A stretch of DNA of 64,000 bases from an uncultured Clostridium sp. (GTDB lineage: Bacteria > Bacillota > Clostridia > TANB77 > CAG-508). The number at the start of each line of letters is the position of its first letter. Position 1 is the first letter of the stretch. Of this stretch, positions 53,151 to 62,304 are shown piece after piece. A program made the position numbers and the translations under genes. The stretch spans positions 35 through 64,034 of the forward strand of contig CAYJGL010000002.1 in NCBI GenBank assembly GCA_964369695.1. The letters run 5' to 3'. Under the pieces are notes generated by a model. It was not told the origin of the DNA, made no database searches, and saw only the letters and a list, made by a program, of their open reading frames with translations.

Positions 53151-53168
53151 GATATATTTAGTATTATT

Positions 53169-54371
53169 TTATAATTTATCAAATTTTATTAAATTAACTG
53201 TTTCTCTAGCTATAACTAATTCTTCATTAGTTGGAACAACAAGAACTCCTACTTTAGAATCTATAGCTGAAATTTTTTGTTCTTCGCTTTTAACAGTATT
53301 TTTTTCGTCATCAATTTTTACTCCAGCAAAACTTAAACTTTCACATACTGCTTCTCTAACTTCACCTTGATTTTCTCCAATACCACCTGTGAATACTATA
53401 TAGTCTGCTCCATTTAATGCAACCATATACTTAGCAATATATCCTGATATAGAATATACAAAGTTATTAAAAGCTAATTGTGCTTTTTCATTTCCATTTT
53501 TCGTTTCTTTACATATTTCTCTAAAATCAGGAACTAAATTAGACATACCTGATAATCCTGATTTTTTATTTAATATATCTTCCATTTGTTGTGCTGAAAT
53601 ATTATCTTTTTTCATTATATATGTTAAAACAGATGGATCAATATCTCCTGATCTTGTTATCATTGATAATCCTGCAAGTGGAGTAAGTCCCATACTTGTA
53701 TCTACTGATTTACCAGCATTTATCGCACAAATACTTGCACCTTGACCAATATGACAACTTATTATTTTTAAATCTTTTATATCTTTTCCTATAATTTCTG
53801 CCAATCTATTTGAAACATACATATGTGATGTCCCATGAAAACCATATTTTCTTATTCCATCCTTTTCATAATATTTATATTCAATAGGATATAAATATTT
53901 ATCTTTTTCAATTGATTGATGGAAAGTAGTGTCAAATACAGCAACCATTGGTTTATTTGACATTATTTCTTTACAAGCTTCAATTCCTAGTATTGCTGCC
54001 GGATTATGTAATGGTGCAAATTTATTACATTCTTTTATTTTTTCTATTACTTCATCAGTTATAATTACAGAGCTTTTAAAGAACTCTCCACCATGAACAA
54101 CTCTATGTCCTATAGCTGAAATTTCTTCTAATGTATCCACAACCTTATATTCTGGATTTATCAATTCATTCAAAGTAAAATCTATAGCTTCTGTATGATT
54201 CATTGCTGATTTATCAGTTCTTATTTTCTTTCCATGAACTTTATGTTCTATGAATGCTTCTTTTTCTCCTATTCTCTCATATTTCCCCATTGCTAACACT
54301 GTATTATCATCCATATTAATTAATTGATATTTAAGTGATGAACTCCCACAATTTAAAACTAAAACTTTCAT
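53169..54371 (-). CDS. ackA: acetate kinase
   Basis: MKVLVLNCGSSSLKYQL, GHRVVHGG, FHGTSH and TGGIGEN motifs. Confidence 0.95.
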   Translation of the reverse strand: MKVLVLNCGSSSLKYQLINMDDNTVLAMGKYERIGEKEAFIEHKVHGKKIRTDKSAMNHTEAIDFTLNELINPEYKVVDTLEEISAIGHRVVHGGEFFKSSVIITDEVIEKIKECNKFAPLHNPAAILGIEACKEIMSNKPMVAVFDTTFHQSIEKDKYLYPIEYKYYEKDGIRKYGFHGTSHMYVSNRLAEIIGKDIKDLKIISCHIGQGASICAINAGKSVDTSMGLTPLAGLSMITRSGDIDPSVLTYIMKKDNISAQQMEDILNKKSGLSGMSNLVPDFREICKETKNGNEKAQLAFNNFVYSISGYIAKYMVALNGADYIVFTGGIGENQGEVREAVCESLSFAGVKIDDEKNTVKSEEQKISAIDSKVGVLVVPTNEELVIARETVNLIKFDKL

Positions 54372-54403
54372 TTATACCTCCAAATATTTTTATTTTTTAT
54401 TTA

Positions 54404-55411
54404 TTAATCTATATCCTGTGCTTGAACAGCAGTTATTGCTACAACACCTGCTATATCATTACTACTGCACCCTCTTGACAAATCATTTACAGGTCTTGCA
54501 ATACCTTGGCAAAGGGGTCCATACGCTTCTGCTTTTGCTAGTCTTTGTGTTAATTTATATCCTATATTCCCAGAATTCAAATCTGGAAATATTAATACAT
54601 TCGCATTTCCTTTAAGCGGACTGTTTGGTGCTTTAAATTCTGCTATTTCAGGAACTATAGCTGCATCTAATTGTAATTCTCCATCAACTGTTAATTCTGG
54701 CATCTTTGTTTTTACTATATCTGTTGCTTTTTTCACTTTATCAATAGATTTAGAATTTGCACTTCCATTTGTAGAATACGAAAGCATTGCTACTTTAGGT
54801 TCTTTCTCAACTAATTGCTTAAAACTTTTACTAGATGACATAGCTATTTCTGCAAGCGCCAATGACCCTGGATCTTCATTTAGTCCACAATCTCCAAATA
54901 TAAATGTTCCATTTTCGCCATAATCACAATTTGGTACAACCATTATGAAGAATGCTGATACTAATTTAGTTCCTGGTGCTGTTTTAAGTATTTGTAATGC
55001 TGGTCTTAATGTATCTGCTGTTGAATGAATAGCTCCTGATACCAAACCATCTGCTTTTGAATTTTGGTCTTTTACCATTAACATTCCAAAATATACAGAA
55101 TCCTGTGCTAATTTTTTAGCTTCTTCTAATGTCATACCTTTTTCTTTCCTTAATTCGTACAGCACTTTTGTATATTCTTCTAATTTATCACTTTTCAAAG
55201 GGTTTACTATTTGTGTATCTTTAATATCTAGATTATTTTTTTTAACATCTTCTAATATTTTTTCTTCATCACCTATTAGTATAACTTTAGCGTAACCTTC
55301 TTTTAATATCTTATCTGTAGCTTTTAAAATACGAATATCTTCTGCTTCTGGTAATACTATTGTTTTTATTTCTTTTTTTGCTCTATTTTTAATTTGTTCT
55401 ATAAACTGCAT
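54404..55411 (-). CDS. pta: phosphate acetyltransferase
   Basis: 335 aa short-form Pta. Has IVLPE.ED.R.L.A, GLVSGA.HSTADTLRPALQI and the SRG.S...I C-terminus. It lies 32 nt upstream of ackA. Confidence 0.9.
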   Translation of the reverse strand: MQFIEQIKNRAKKEIKTIVLPEAEDIRILKATDKILKEGYAKVILIGDEEKILEDVKKNNLDIKDTQIVNPLKSDKLEEYTKVLYELRKEKGMTLEEAKKLAQDSVYFGMLMVKDQNSKADGLVSGAIHSTADTLRPALQILKTAPGTKLVSAFFIMVVPNCDYGENGTFIFGDCGLNEDPGSLALAEIAMSSSKSFKQLVEKEPKVAMLSYSTNGSANSKSIDKVKKATDIVKTKMPELTVDGELQLDAAIVPEIAEFKAPNSPLKGNANVLIFPDLNSGNIGYKLTQRLAKAEAYGPLCQGIARPVNDLSRGCSSNDIAGVVAITAVQAQDID

Positions 55412-55438
55412 TTATTCCTCCTTGTTTTTTACATTTAT

Positions 55439-55467
55439 TTTATACCATATTTTATTTATATTTGCAA
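55439..55467 (-). promoter_or_regulatory. sigmaA-type promoter (extended -10) for pta-ackA
   Basis: The minus strand reads TTGCAA (55467..55462), a 17-nt spacer ending in TGg, then TATAAA (55444..55439). Confidence 0.5.
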
Positions 55468-55537
55468 TAAGTGTTTTATAGAATAATAAAGTACAAGAAA
55501 AAACAAAGTATTTTATAACACTTCATTTTATCCTAAT

Positions 55538-56230
55538 CTATTTTTCAGTATATCCTTCTGGTAATTCAAATGTGGCTTTGCTAATGTCATCTGAAATTTC
55601 TACTTTTACTATCTCTTGATTATCTCCTAGTATAGTTTTTATATATACTAATTCCCCATCATCAAAATAGAATCTAGTTTTAATATTTTCATCATATTTA
55701 TCTATATCTCTATTGTATATCCAGTCAGTTGAGCCATTATATTCTTGATATTCATAATTTTTATTTTCTATCTTTTCTTTACCTTCTATATACTCAGAGT
55801 TTTCAAACTCACCAAGCTGATTCGTGAATTTCCTTAGCTCAGTTACATTATTTTGATATTTGTAATATGCTTCTTCTTCATCTCTTATTAAATAGGTATT
55901 TCCATCTTTAATTAAATCTTCACGTTCGTCTACTCCATCTATTTGTGTTACTATATATGCTGAATTATCTAATTTAGCATAATATTCACTTGTCCCATTT
56001 TCTGTTGATGTAGCTGTTACAGAATATTGAGATTTATTTTCATATTCTGATAATATATTATTCAGGTCATTTATACCATTTGTTTTATTTAATAAATAAT
56101 TAGTTAATATTATTCCACCATATATTACACCTATAGTAAGTAGTATTATTAAAACACATATTATTGTCCTTTTAATTATTCTTTTTCTTTTTTCACTATT
56201 TATTTCTTTATTTTCTTTTTCTAAATTCAT
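55538..56230 (-). CDS. membrane-anchored hypothetical protein (possibly LolA-like fold)
   Basis: Basic N-tail, one TM (IICVLIILLTIGVIYGGIIL), and a beta-rich domain ending in FELPEGYTEK. The family call is a weak impression only. Confidence 0.55.
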   Translation of the reverse strand: MNLEKENKEINSEKRKRIIKRTIICVLIILLTIGVIYGGIILTNYLLNKTNGINDLNNILSEYENKSQYSVTATSTENGTSEYYAKLDNSAYIVTQIDGVDEREDLIKDGNTYLIRDEEEAYYKYQNNVTELRKFTNQLGEFENSEYIEGKEKIENKNYEYQEYNGSTDWIYNRDIDKYDENIKTRFYFDDGELVYIKTILGDNQEIVKVEISDDISKATFELPEGYTEK

Positions 56231-56249
56231 ATTTACCTCTTTCTTTTGT

Positions 56250-57395
56250 TTAGTCTCCTAAATTTATTCCTATTTCTCGTGCTGTTTTAACTAAATCATG
56301 ATCCATAGTTACTTTTCTGATATTACTTTCTTGTGTATTACCTGAAACTGCTCCAATTTCTGTATTATTACCTACAACTTCATCTAATGTCACAGAATCC
56401 AACTTTCCATCTTTTAATACTGCTAAAGTTCCAAATTTACCTTCTAATGCAAGTCTCATAGCTTGTACACCGTATTTTGTTGATAAAACTCTATCAAATG
56501 CTGTTGGTGTTCCACCTCTTTGCATATATCCCAATGTAGTATTTCTTGCTTCTAGTCCAGTAAGCGATTCTAGTTGTTTTGCAACTTTATCTCCTATACC
56601 ACCTAATTTTGTATTATCTACACCTTTTCCATTATCACGTGTATTTACCACTTCAATTTCTCCATCTCTTGGCATAGCTCCTTCTGCTACTACTACTACA
56701 CTAAATTGTTTTCCTTCTTTTTTTCTTTCTTCTACTTTTTGAGCTACTTTTTGAATATCAAATGGAATTTCTGGAATTAACGCAACATCTGCTCCACCTG
56801 CAATTGCTGATTCTAAAGCTATCCAACCAGCATATCTTCCCATAACTTCTAATACCATTATTCTATGATGTGTTTCCCCAGTTGTATGAAGTCTATCAAG
56901 TGCTTCTGCAGCTACTGAAACTGCAGTATTATATCCAAAAGTTATGTCAGTACATGCAACATCATTGTCAATTGTTTTTGGAACTCCAATTACATTAACA
57001 CCTTTTGTTGCAAAATCTCTAGCTGATTTCTGTGTTCCATCTCCACCTAATGTAAATATACAATCAAATCCGAATTCTTTTATATTTTCTATACATTCAC
57101 TAGATAAATCTTTATATTCAACTGTACCGTCTTCTTTAGTTACTTTATAATCAAATACATTTGCATTTGTTGATGATCCTATTATAGATCCACCTTTATG
57201 CAATATACCTGTAGCTTCACCTTCTTGGTCAGTTGTTAATTTTACAAAATCTTTTTTTAGTAATCCCCTGTATCCTTCTATTATCCCATAACATTCTATA
57301 TTATGGCTTTCAGCTGTTTTTACTATTGCTCTTATTACTGCATTAAATCCCGAAACATCTCCACCATTTGCTAAAATACCTACTTTTTTCAACAT
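56250..57395 (-). CDS. pfk: 6-phosphofructokinase (phosphoryl donor not assignable by eye)
   Basis: GGDVSGFNAVIRA, TLGGDGT, PKTIDND and VMGRYAGWIA motifs. 381 aa. Confidence 0.9.
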   Translation of the reverse strand: MLKKVGILANGGDVSGFNAVIRAIVKTAESHNIECYGIIEGYRGLLKKDFVKLTTDQEGEATGILHKGGSIIGSSTNANVFDYKVTKEDGTVEYKDLSSECIENIKEFGFDCIFTLGGDGTQKSARDFATKGVNVIGVPKTIDNDVACTDITFGYNTAVSVAAEALDRLHTTGETHHRIMVLEVMGRYAGWIALESAIAGGADVALIPEIPFDIQKVAQKVEERKKEGKQFSVVVVAEGAMPRDGEIEVVNTRDNGKGVDNTKLGGIGDKVAKQLESLTGLEARNTTLGYMQRGGTPTAFDRVLSTKYGVQAMRLALEGKFGTLAVLKDGKLDSVTLDEVVGNNTEIGAVSGNTQESNIRKVTMDHDLVKTAREIGINLGD

Positions 57396-57434
57396 ATTTC
57401 CCTCCTGTTTTTTCTTGTTTTATTTTCTATCAAT

Positions 57435-57462
57435 ATTATACCAATAATATATTTTTTTACAA
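57435..57462 (-). promoter_or_regulatory. sigmaA-type promoter (extended -10) for pfk
   Basis: The minus strand reads TTGTAA (57462..57457), a 16-nt spacer ending in TGg, then TATAAT (57440..57435). It lies ~40 nt upstream of the ATG. Confidence 0.5.
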
Positions 57463-57660
57463 CAGTTTTTATATAAATTTTTTGATATTTTTTGGATTTA
57501 AAATTTATTAAGCTATACTATTACTCCAAAATTATTTTAATATCTTGCTTAATTTTTGATTAAAAACTTTTAGAAAATATATTTATTATCTCTATGCTTC
57601 GTATTATACATACCTAATTTACTCTTGTCTATATTTTGATATATATTTATTACTTACATG

Positions 57661-57694
57661 AAATAAAAACTAACTATCTTTTGAATAGCTAGTT
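57661..57694 (-). terminator. rho-independent terminator after spoIIIAH
   Basis: Stem aactaactat / atagctagtt (one mismatch) at 57668..57694. A U-rich tail follows on the minus strand. Confidence 0.5.
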
Positions 57695-57702
57695 AATTAA
57701 TT

Positions 57703-58404
57703 TTAATTTTTCATAGTTATATGTATATTTTCGATTTCTGTTTGCATTTCTCGTGAAATAATATTTTGAATTTGAGCTATTTCTTCTGCTTCCAACTTTT
57801 CAGCCCCAACTATAACGTTTATACTGTTATCATTCACAAATATTACATTATTAGTAAAACCTTTTATACTTATTAAATTTTCACAAATCATAATTTTATT
57901 TTTAGTATCATTTATTTTTTTTATTTCTTCTGTAGCTGACTGTTTTTGTGTTTCAGATGAATTAGATGAGTTAAGAACATTTTCGTATGTTTCTATCATT
58001 TGAGAATACATTTGATCTCTATCTAACTTTGATTTTATAAAATACTCATTAGTAACAGTTGTATTTGTTTCAATTGTCTCTTCTTTATCTTGTTCTTGTT
58101 CTTTTTCTTCTACAACAGTTTCATTTTCATCTTCTATAATATTTTTATTGATATTTTCTTCATCTAAGTTTTCTGATGAATTACCTTCGTCTTCTACTAC
58201 AACATCATTACTACTAACAAGTGTAGCATCCCCAATATCTGCAATTTGTGTATCATCTCTTGATTCAATTTGCATACTTGTTTGTACTGCCATATCTGAT
58301 TGTTCTTGTATCTCGCTATTAGCTGCAAAATTTAAATATCCTGCTGTCATTAACATAAGTATAAAAACATAAATAATTACTTGATTCTTTTTTAATAATT
58401 TCAT
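57703..58404 (-). CDS. spoIIIAH: stage III sporulation protein AH
   Basis: Last gene of the spoIIIA operon. N-terminal TM (MKLLKKNQVIIYVFILMLMTAGYLNF), an acidic linker, and a C-terminal YscJ/FliF-like domain region. Confidence 0.75.
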   Translation of the reverse strand: MKLLKKNQVIIYVFILMLMTAGYLNFAANSEIQEQSDMAVQTSMQIESRDDTQIADIGDATLVSSNDVVVEDEGNSSENLDEENINKNIIEDENETVVEEKEQEQDKEETIETNTTVTNEYFIKSKLDRDQMYSQMIETYENVLNSSNSSETQKQSATEEIKKINDTKNKIMICENLISIKGFTNNVIFVNDNSINVIVGAEKLEAEEIAQIQNIISREMQTEIENIHITMKN

Positions 58405-58421
58405 ATAATCTCTCCTTCATT

Positions 58422-59063
58422 TTAATTCATTTCAAAAACTTGTATTTTATGAGTTGGCAATCCTGTAACAGCTTCTACGGCTTGAATTATATTGGTTTTC
58501 ACAAGACTATTCCCTGCTCCTTTTGCTGTTATAATTGCTCCTTCAATTTTAGGTTCAATAACCTTTTGGGTTACTGGTATTTTTTCTCCAGAATCTTCTT
58601 GAAAAACAACATCTTTTTGCAAATCAGTTTCTTCAATTTTTCTAACTCCACCAGAATCATCTGTTTCTTCTGTTGTGCTTACGCTTGATGTTTCATTATA
58701 CATTGCAATAACTTCACTTGTTTCAGAATAACTTATATATACATCTAATTCGCCAACACCATTAATTTTACCTAATATTACTTTTAAATCTTCTTCTATC
58801 TCAGAATTTTTATTTTCTGTATCTTCTTTATTATCTATTATATTAGTAGCTTGAGAATTTGCTATTTCTTTATTTGTGGTTTCATCTTCTGTATTTGAAA
58901 AAAATCCACCGTCCCATATCATATTAATAGCAAATACTGTTATTATAGCTATTATTATAAAAAAAACTAAATTTTCAATTTTCTTTTTATTTTTACTCTC
59001 TTTCTTTTTTTCTTCTTTTGTATTTGAATTTGATAACATTTTTTTTAATTTATCTCCAAACAT
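58422..59063 (-). CDS. spoIIIAG: stage III sporulation protein AG
   Basis: Operon position, an N-terminal TM, and the C-terminus P.IEGAIITAKGAGNSLVKTNIIQAVEAVTGLPTHKIQVF, which is typical of SpoIIIAG. Confidence 0.8.
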   Translation of the reverse strand: MFGDKLKKMLSNSNTKEEKKKESKNKKKIENLVFFIIIAIITVFAINMIWDGGFFSNTEDETTNKEIANSQATNIIDNKEDTENKNSEIEEDLKVILGKINGVGELDVYISYSETSEVIAMYNETSSVSTTEETDDSGGVRKIEETDLQKDVVFQEDSGEKIPVTQKVIEPKIEGAIITAKGAGNSLVKTNIIQAVEAVTGLPTHKIQVFEMN

Positions 59064-59692
59064 TTTTCACTCACCCCATATTCATCAATTAAAATTTTTT
59101 TTATATTTTGTATATCTGATGTTGTAATTCTACTATTTTGATTTGTGCTTGTGTCAGTATTTTCCTGTGTTTTTCCATCAGTCGTAGATATATCAACTTG
59201 CTTAATTTTTTCTATTTCATCTATAATTTTCTCTTCAATTTCTATATTTTTTTCTAAATCTTCACTAGTATTAATAGGCTTTTCAATTGTTAAATCTACT
59301 TTAGTAATTCTACTTTCTTCTTCACTATTTTGAATATTCGCTTCAACAGATATACTTTTGACAATATATCCTTGTTCTTCAATTTTCTCCTTCATATCTT
59401 GCTCTACTTCTTCAACATATAGTTTTTCTATTTTTTCATCCATTGAAGTTTGATCTATTTCTACAGAATAGTCTTCACTTTGGTTTGTATATTCTTCTAA
59501 GTTAAAATTAGAAACTGCAAATATTTCTTTATTACTAACAAATGGTGAAATTATACTAAACATTACATATATTCCCATTACCATTCGTATATATTTTTTA
59601 CTTTTGTTATTAGGAAGTAACATTTCTAATATTGACACTATTACAATTGCAAGACCTAATCCTTTTGCCCATGTACTTAAAAACTCAATCAT
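59045..59692 (-). CDS. spoIIIAF: stage III sporulation protein AF
   Basis: MIEFLSTWAKGLGLAIVIVSILEMLLPNNKSKKYIRMVMGI matches the characteristic SpoIIIAF N-terminus. Confidence 0.8.
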   Translation of the reverse strand: MIEFLSTWAKGLGLAIVIVSILEMLLPNNKSKKYIRMVMGIYVMFSIISPFVSNKEIFAVSNFNLEEYTNQSEDYSVEIDQTSMDEKIEKLYVEEVEQDMKEKIEEQGYIVKSISVEANIQNSEEESRITKVDLTIEKPINTSEDLEKNIEIEEKIIDEIEKIKQVDISTTDGKTQENTDTSTNQNSRITTSDIQNIKKILIDEYGVSEKCLEIN

Positions 59693-59716
59693 TTTTCCCC
59701 TTTTCTTTTATATCTA

Positions 59717-60892
59717 TCATCGATACATCATTCCAGTATTAGAAATTTTAAGTGTTAATGCTGTTCCTATTATTAATAGGAATGACAATGCACTTAAAAT
59801 TGCAAGTAAAATTTTAAATATATCTCCAACTTGTCCTAATAGTTTTGTTATTTTTTCATCTGCAATTGGTTCAACTATTGCTCCTAATACTGAATATGTA
59901 AAACTAAGTAGTGCTAATTTAATTATAGGGATTATTGATATTCCTAAAACTATTATCACACCAACAAAACCTACTGCATTTTTTAATATTATTCCTGACC
60001 CTAAGACAGAATCAATTACATCACCTAATATTTTGCCTACTACTGGAACTGCTGAGCTTACAATTGACTTTGTCGCTTTTGCTGTTAGTCCATCAACACC
60101 ACTGGACAAAGTTCCTTCTAACGAAACTATGGTAACAAAAACTGTTAATATTATTCCAAAAAACCATATTATTCCAGATTTAAGAAATTTAGATAATTTT
60201 TCAACTTGTATTTGATCTGATAATTTAGATATTATAATAAGTGCTGTAAATATTAGTGTTAACGGGAGAATTATAAATTGTATTGTATTTCCTACAAAAT
60301 TTATAACAAACAATAATATTGGTTGTATCATTCCACTTGTGACAATACTTCCTGTATATAGCATTAATGTTATAAGTAGTGGAACTAATAAATTCATAAA
60401 TGCTACCAATTCTATAACAGTATCTTCCACCATTTTTATTATATCTGTAAAACTTGCCATTACTACAGTTACTATTAATATATATTGAACATAATATATC
60501 ATCTTAGAAATGCCTTCATTTTCTAAACTTTCACTTATAGACTTTAAAATACTATGTATTATTATTATAACTAAAATTGTAGTAATCATTTGCAGTGTTG
60601 ATAAAAATTCAGGACCTATAACTTCTAAAATTCTTTCAAATATTTTAGCATTATCAGTTTTTCCAGATATAGCATCATTAAAAATATCACCAATATCTTC
60701 ATCTTGAAAAAAATCTTCTGCATATTTATTTGCTTCTGAAATAAAATCTTCAATCCCAAAATCTTCTTGATTTATTGAAAGTTCACTATTTGTAGTAGTT
60801 GTAGTATTTGCATAAACTTTTGGAGATAAGTATAAAATAGTTAGAACTGTCAAAAATATGTATATTAATAAAAATATTTTTCTTTTTATCAT
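59717..60892 (-). CDS. spoIIIAE: stage III sporulation protein AE
   Basis: Signal-like N-terminus plus ~7 TMs, in the right operon position. The ORF is open to 60910, but GGGGGAG precedes the ATG at 60892. Confidence 0.85.
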   Translation of the reverse strand: MIKRKIFLLIYIFLTVLTILYLSPKVYANTTTTTNSELSINQEDFGIEDFISEANKYAEDFFQDEDIGDIFNDAISGKTDNAKIFERILEVIGPEFLSTLQMITTILVIIIIHSILKSISESLENEGISKMIYYVQYILIVTVVMASFTDIIKMVEDTVIELVAFMNLLVPLLITLMLYTGSIVTSGMIQPILLFVINFVGNTIQFIILPLTLIFTALIIISKLSDQIQVEKLSKFLKSGIIWFFGIILTVFVTIVSLEGTLSSGVDGLTAKATKSIVSSAVPVVGKILGDVIDSVLGSGIILKNAVGFVGVIIVLGISIIPIIKLALLSFTYSVLGAIVEPIADEKITKLLGQVGDIFKILLAILSALSFLLIIGTALTLKISNTGMMYR

Positions 60893-60912
60893 TTCTCCCC
60901 CTATTCTCAAGA

Positions 60913-61299
60913 TTATGGTAATATTTTTAATATTATTTCAAGTAATCCTGATATTATAGGAATTGATATTGATATTATAATTATTTTACTACCCATTTCA
61001 ATTTTACTTGCTATAGCTGTTTCCTCAGCATCTTTACATATACTTACTGCAAATTCTGCCAAAAAAGCGATCCCAGTTATTTTGAGTAATATATTTATAA
61101 AATTACTATTAATATTAGAACTACTTGCTATTGAATCTATCAAGTTAATTATTCCTGTTAACTCATCCATTACTAACAATAATATTAGCATTCCTGTTAA
61201 CAAGCTAATATAGAGAGCAAACTCTGGCTTATATTGTTTCATCAAAATTATAATAACAAGAGCTATAATTCCAATACCAATAATTTTAATTATTTCCAT
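60913..61299 (-). CDS. spoIIIAD: stage III sporulation protein AD
   Basis: 128 aa, 4 TMs, with LAEFAVSICKDAEE...ASKIE as the SpoIIIAD signature region. Confidence 0.85.
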   Translation of the reverse strand: MEIIKIIGIGIIALVIIILMKQYKPEFALYISLLTGMLILLLVMDELTGIINLIDSIASSSNINSNFINILLKITGIAFLAEFAVSICKDAEETAIASKIEMGSKIIIISISIPIISGLLEIILKILP

Positions 61300-61349
61300 A
61301 GCTACATCACTCTCCTTTATATGTATCTGTATATGAAAAAATTATATAT

Positions 61350-61544
61350 TTATAAATTAAATATAGTTCTAACAGTATCAAATAACACACTAATTTCTTT
61401 AATTACCATCGTAAGCACAATTATTAAACCAGCTAAAGTTGTCATCATAGCTTGATCTTCACGTCCCGCTCTTACTAATACTTGATGAAGTACAGCTACT
61501 AATATACCAATTGCTGCAATTCTAAATAATAAATCTATATCCAT
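61350..61544 (-). CDS. spoIIIAC: stage III sporulation protein AC
   Basis: 64 aa, two TMs, with IAAIGILVAVLHQVLVRAGREDQA. Confidence 0.85.
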   Translation of the reverse strand: MDIDLLFRIAAIGILVAVLHQVLVRAGREDQAMMTTLAGLIIVLTMVIKEISVLFDTVRTIFNL

Positions 61545-61552
61545 AAATCCCC

Positions 61553-62068
61553 CTATATTAATAAAATAACTAACATTAACCCAGCAACAACGCCTAATTT
61601 ACTATATAATTTTTCATTCTTATCTTTTTCTAAAATAGCACTTTTAATCTGCTTATCCAAAAACTCATTAGTAACTTTAATTTGAGCAACTTGTCCTTCT
61701 ATATCAGTTTGTCCCAAAAGTTTCGAAAGATTTTTAATAGCAATAATATCGTCTTTTGTTAATTCCAATTCGATTTCATTGATAGCAAAACTCCATGCTT
61801 CAGATGCAGTCATAGACTTCATACTAGCACTAGCTAATCTAAACATTTCAGCAACACTTTCATTAAACTCATTATTTGAAATCTGTAAAAAAATTTCTGG
61901 TAATGGCTCATACGTAAATTTTACTTTTGTTTCAAAAACAGATAAAGCAGACTTAAAATCTTCCAAAACCTTTACTCTTAAAACAAACCTTCTAGAAATT
62001 AACCTACCTAAAAATACACAAGAACAAAAAAGTAAAGCTATAACAAAATACTTAATAAACATAATCAT
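61553..62068 (-). CDS. spoIIIAB: stage III sporulation protein AB
   Basis: 171 aa with N- and C-terminal TMs, in the right operon position. The ATG at 62068 lies inside repeat copy 3. The ATG at 62062 (MFIKYF) looks like the ancestral start. Confidence 0.8.
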   Translation of the reverse strand: MIMFIKYFVIALLFCSCVFLGRLISRRFVLRVKVLEDFKSALSVFETKVKFTYEPLPEIFLQISNNEFNESVAEMFRLASASMKSMTASEAWSFAINEIELELTKDDIIAIKNLSKLLGQTDIEGQVAQIKVTNEFLDKQIKSAILEKDKNEKLYSKLGVVAGLMLVILLI

Positions 62069-62122
62069 GTCGCATTAGGGACAGTCCCCAACGCGACATT
62101 TATGTCGTTTTTGGGACAGGCC
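62067..62122. repeat. GC-rich palindromic repeat, copy 3 (inverted relative to copy 2), inserted between the spoIIIAB Shine-Dalgarno and start codon
   Basis: Sequence atgtcgcattagggacagtccccaacgcgacatttatgtcgtttttgggacaggcc. It is flanked on the minus strand by GGAGGtaa (5') and gattATG (3'). Confidence 0.9.
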
Positions 62123-62304
62123 TTACCTCCTTTTCTTTTTTATTTTCTTTTTTATTTTATTTTATTTTATTTTTATTTTTATTTCTTTTTTTATTCATTT
62201 ATTTTTTATTCATTTTGCTTTATTACATTATTATATGCTTTCCATTTTTTTTTAGAACTTTTTTAGACTTTTAATTTTAAACATTATAAATAATCAAATT
62301 ATAT

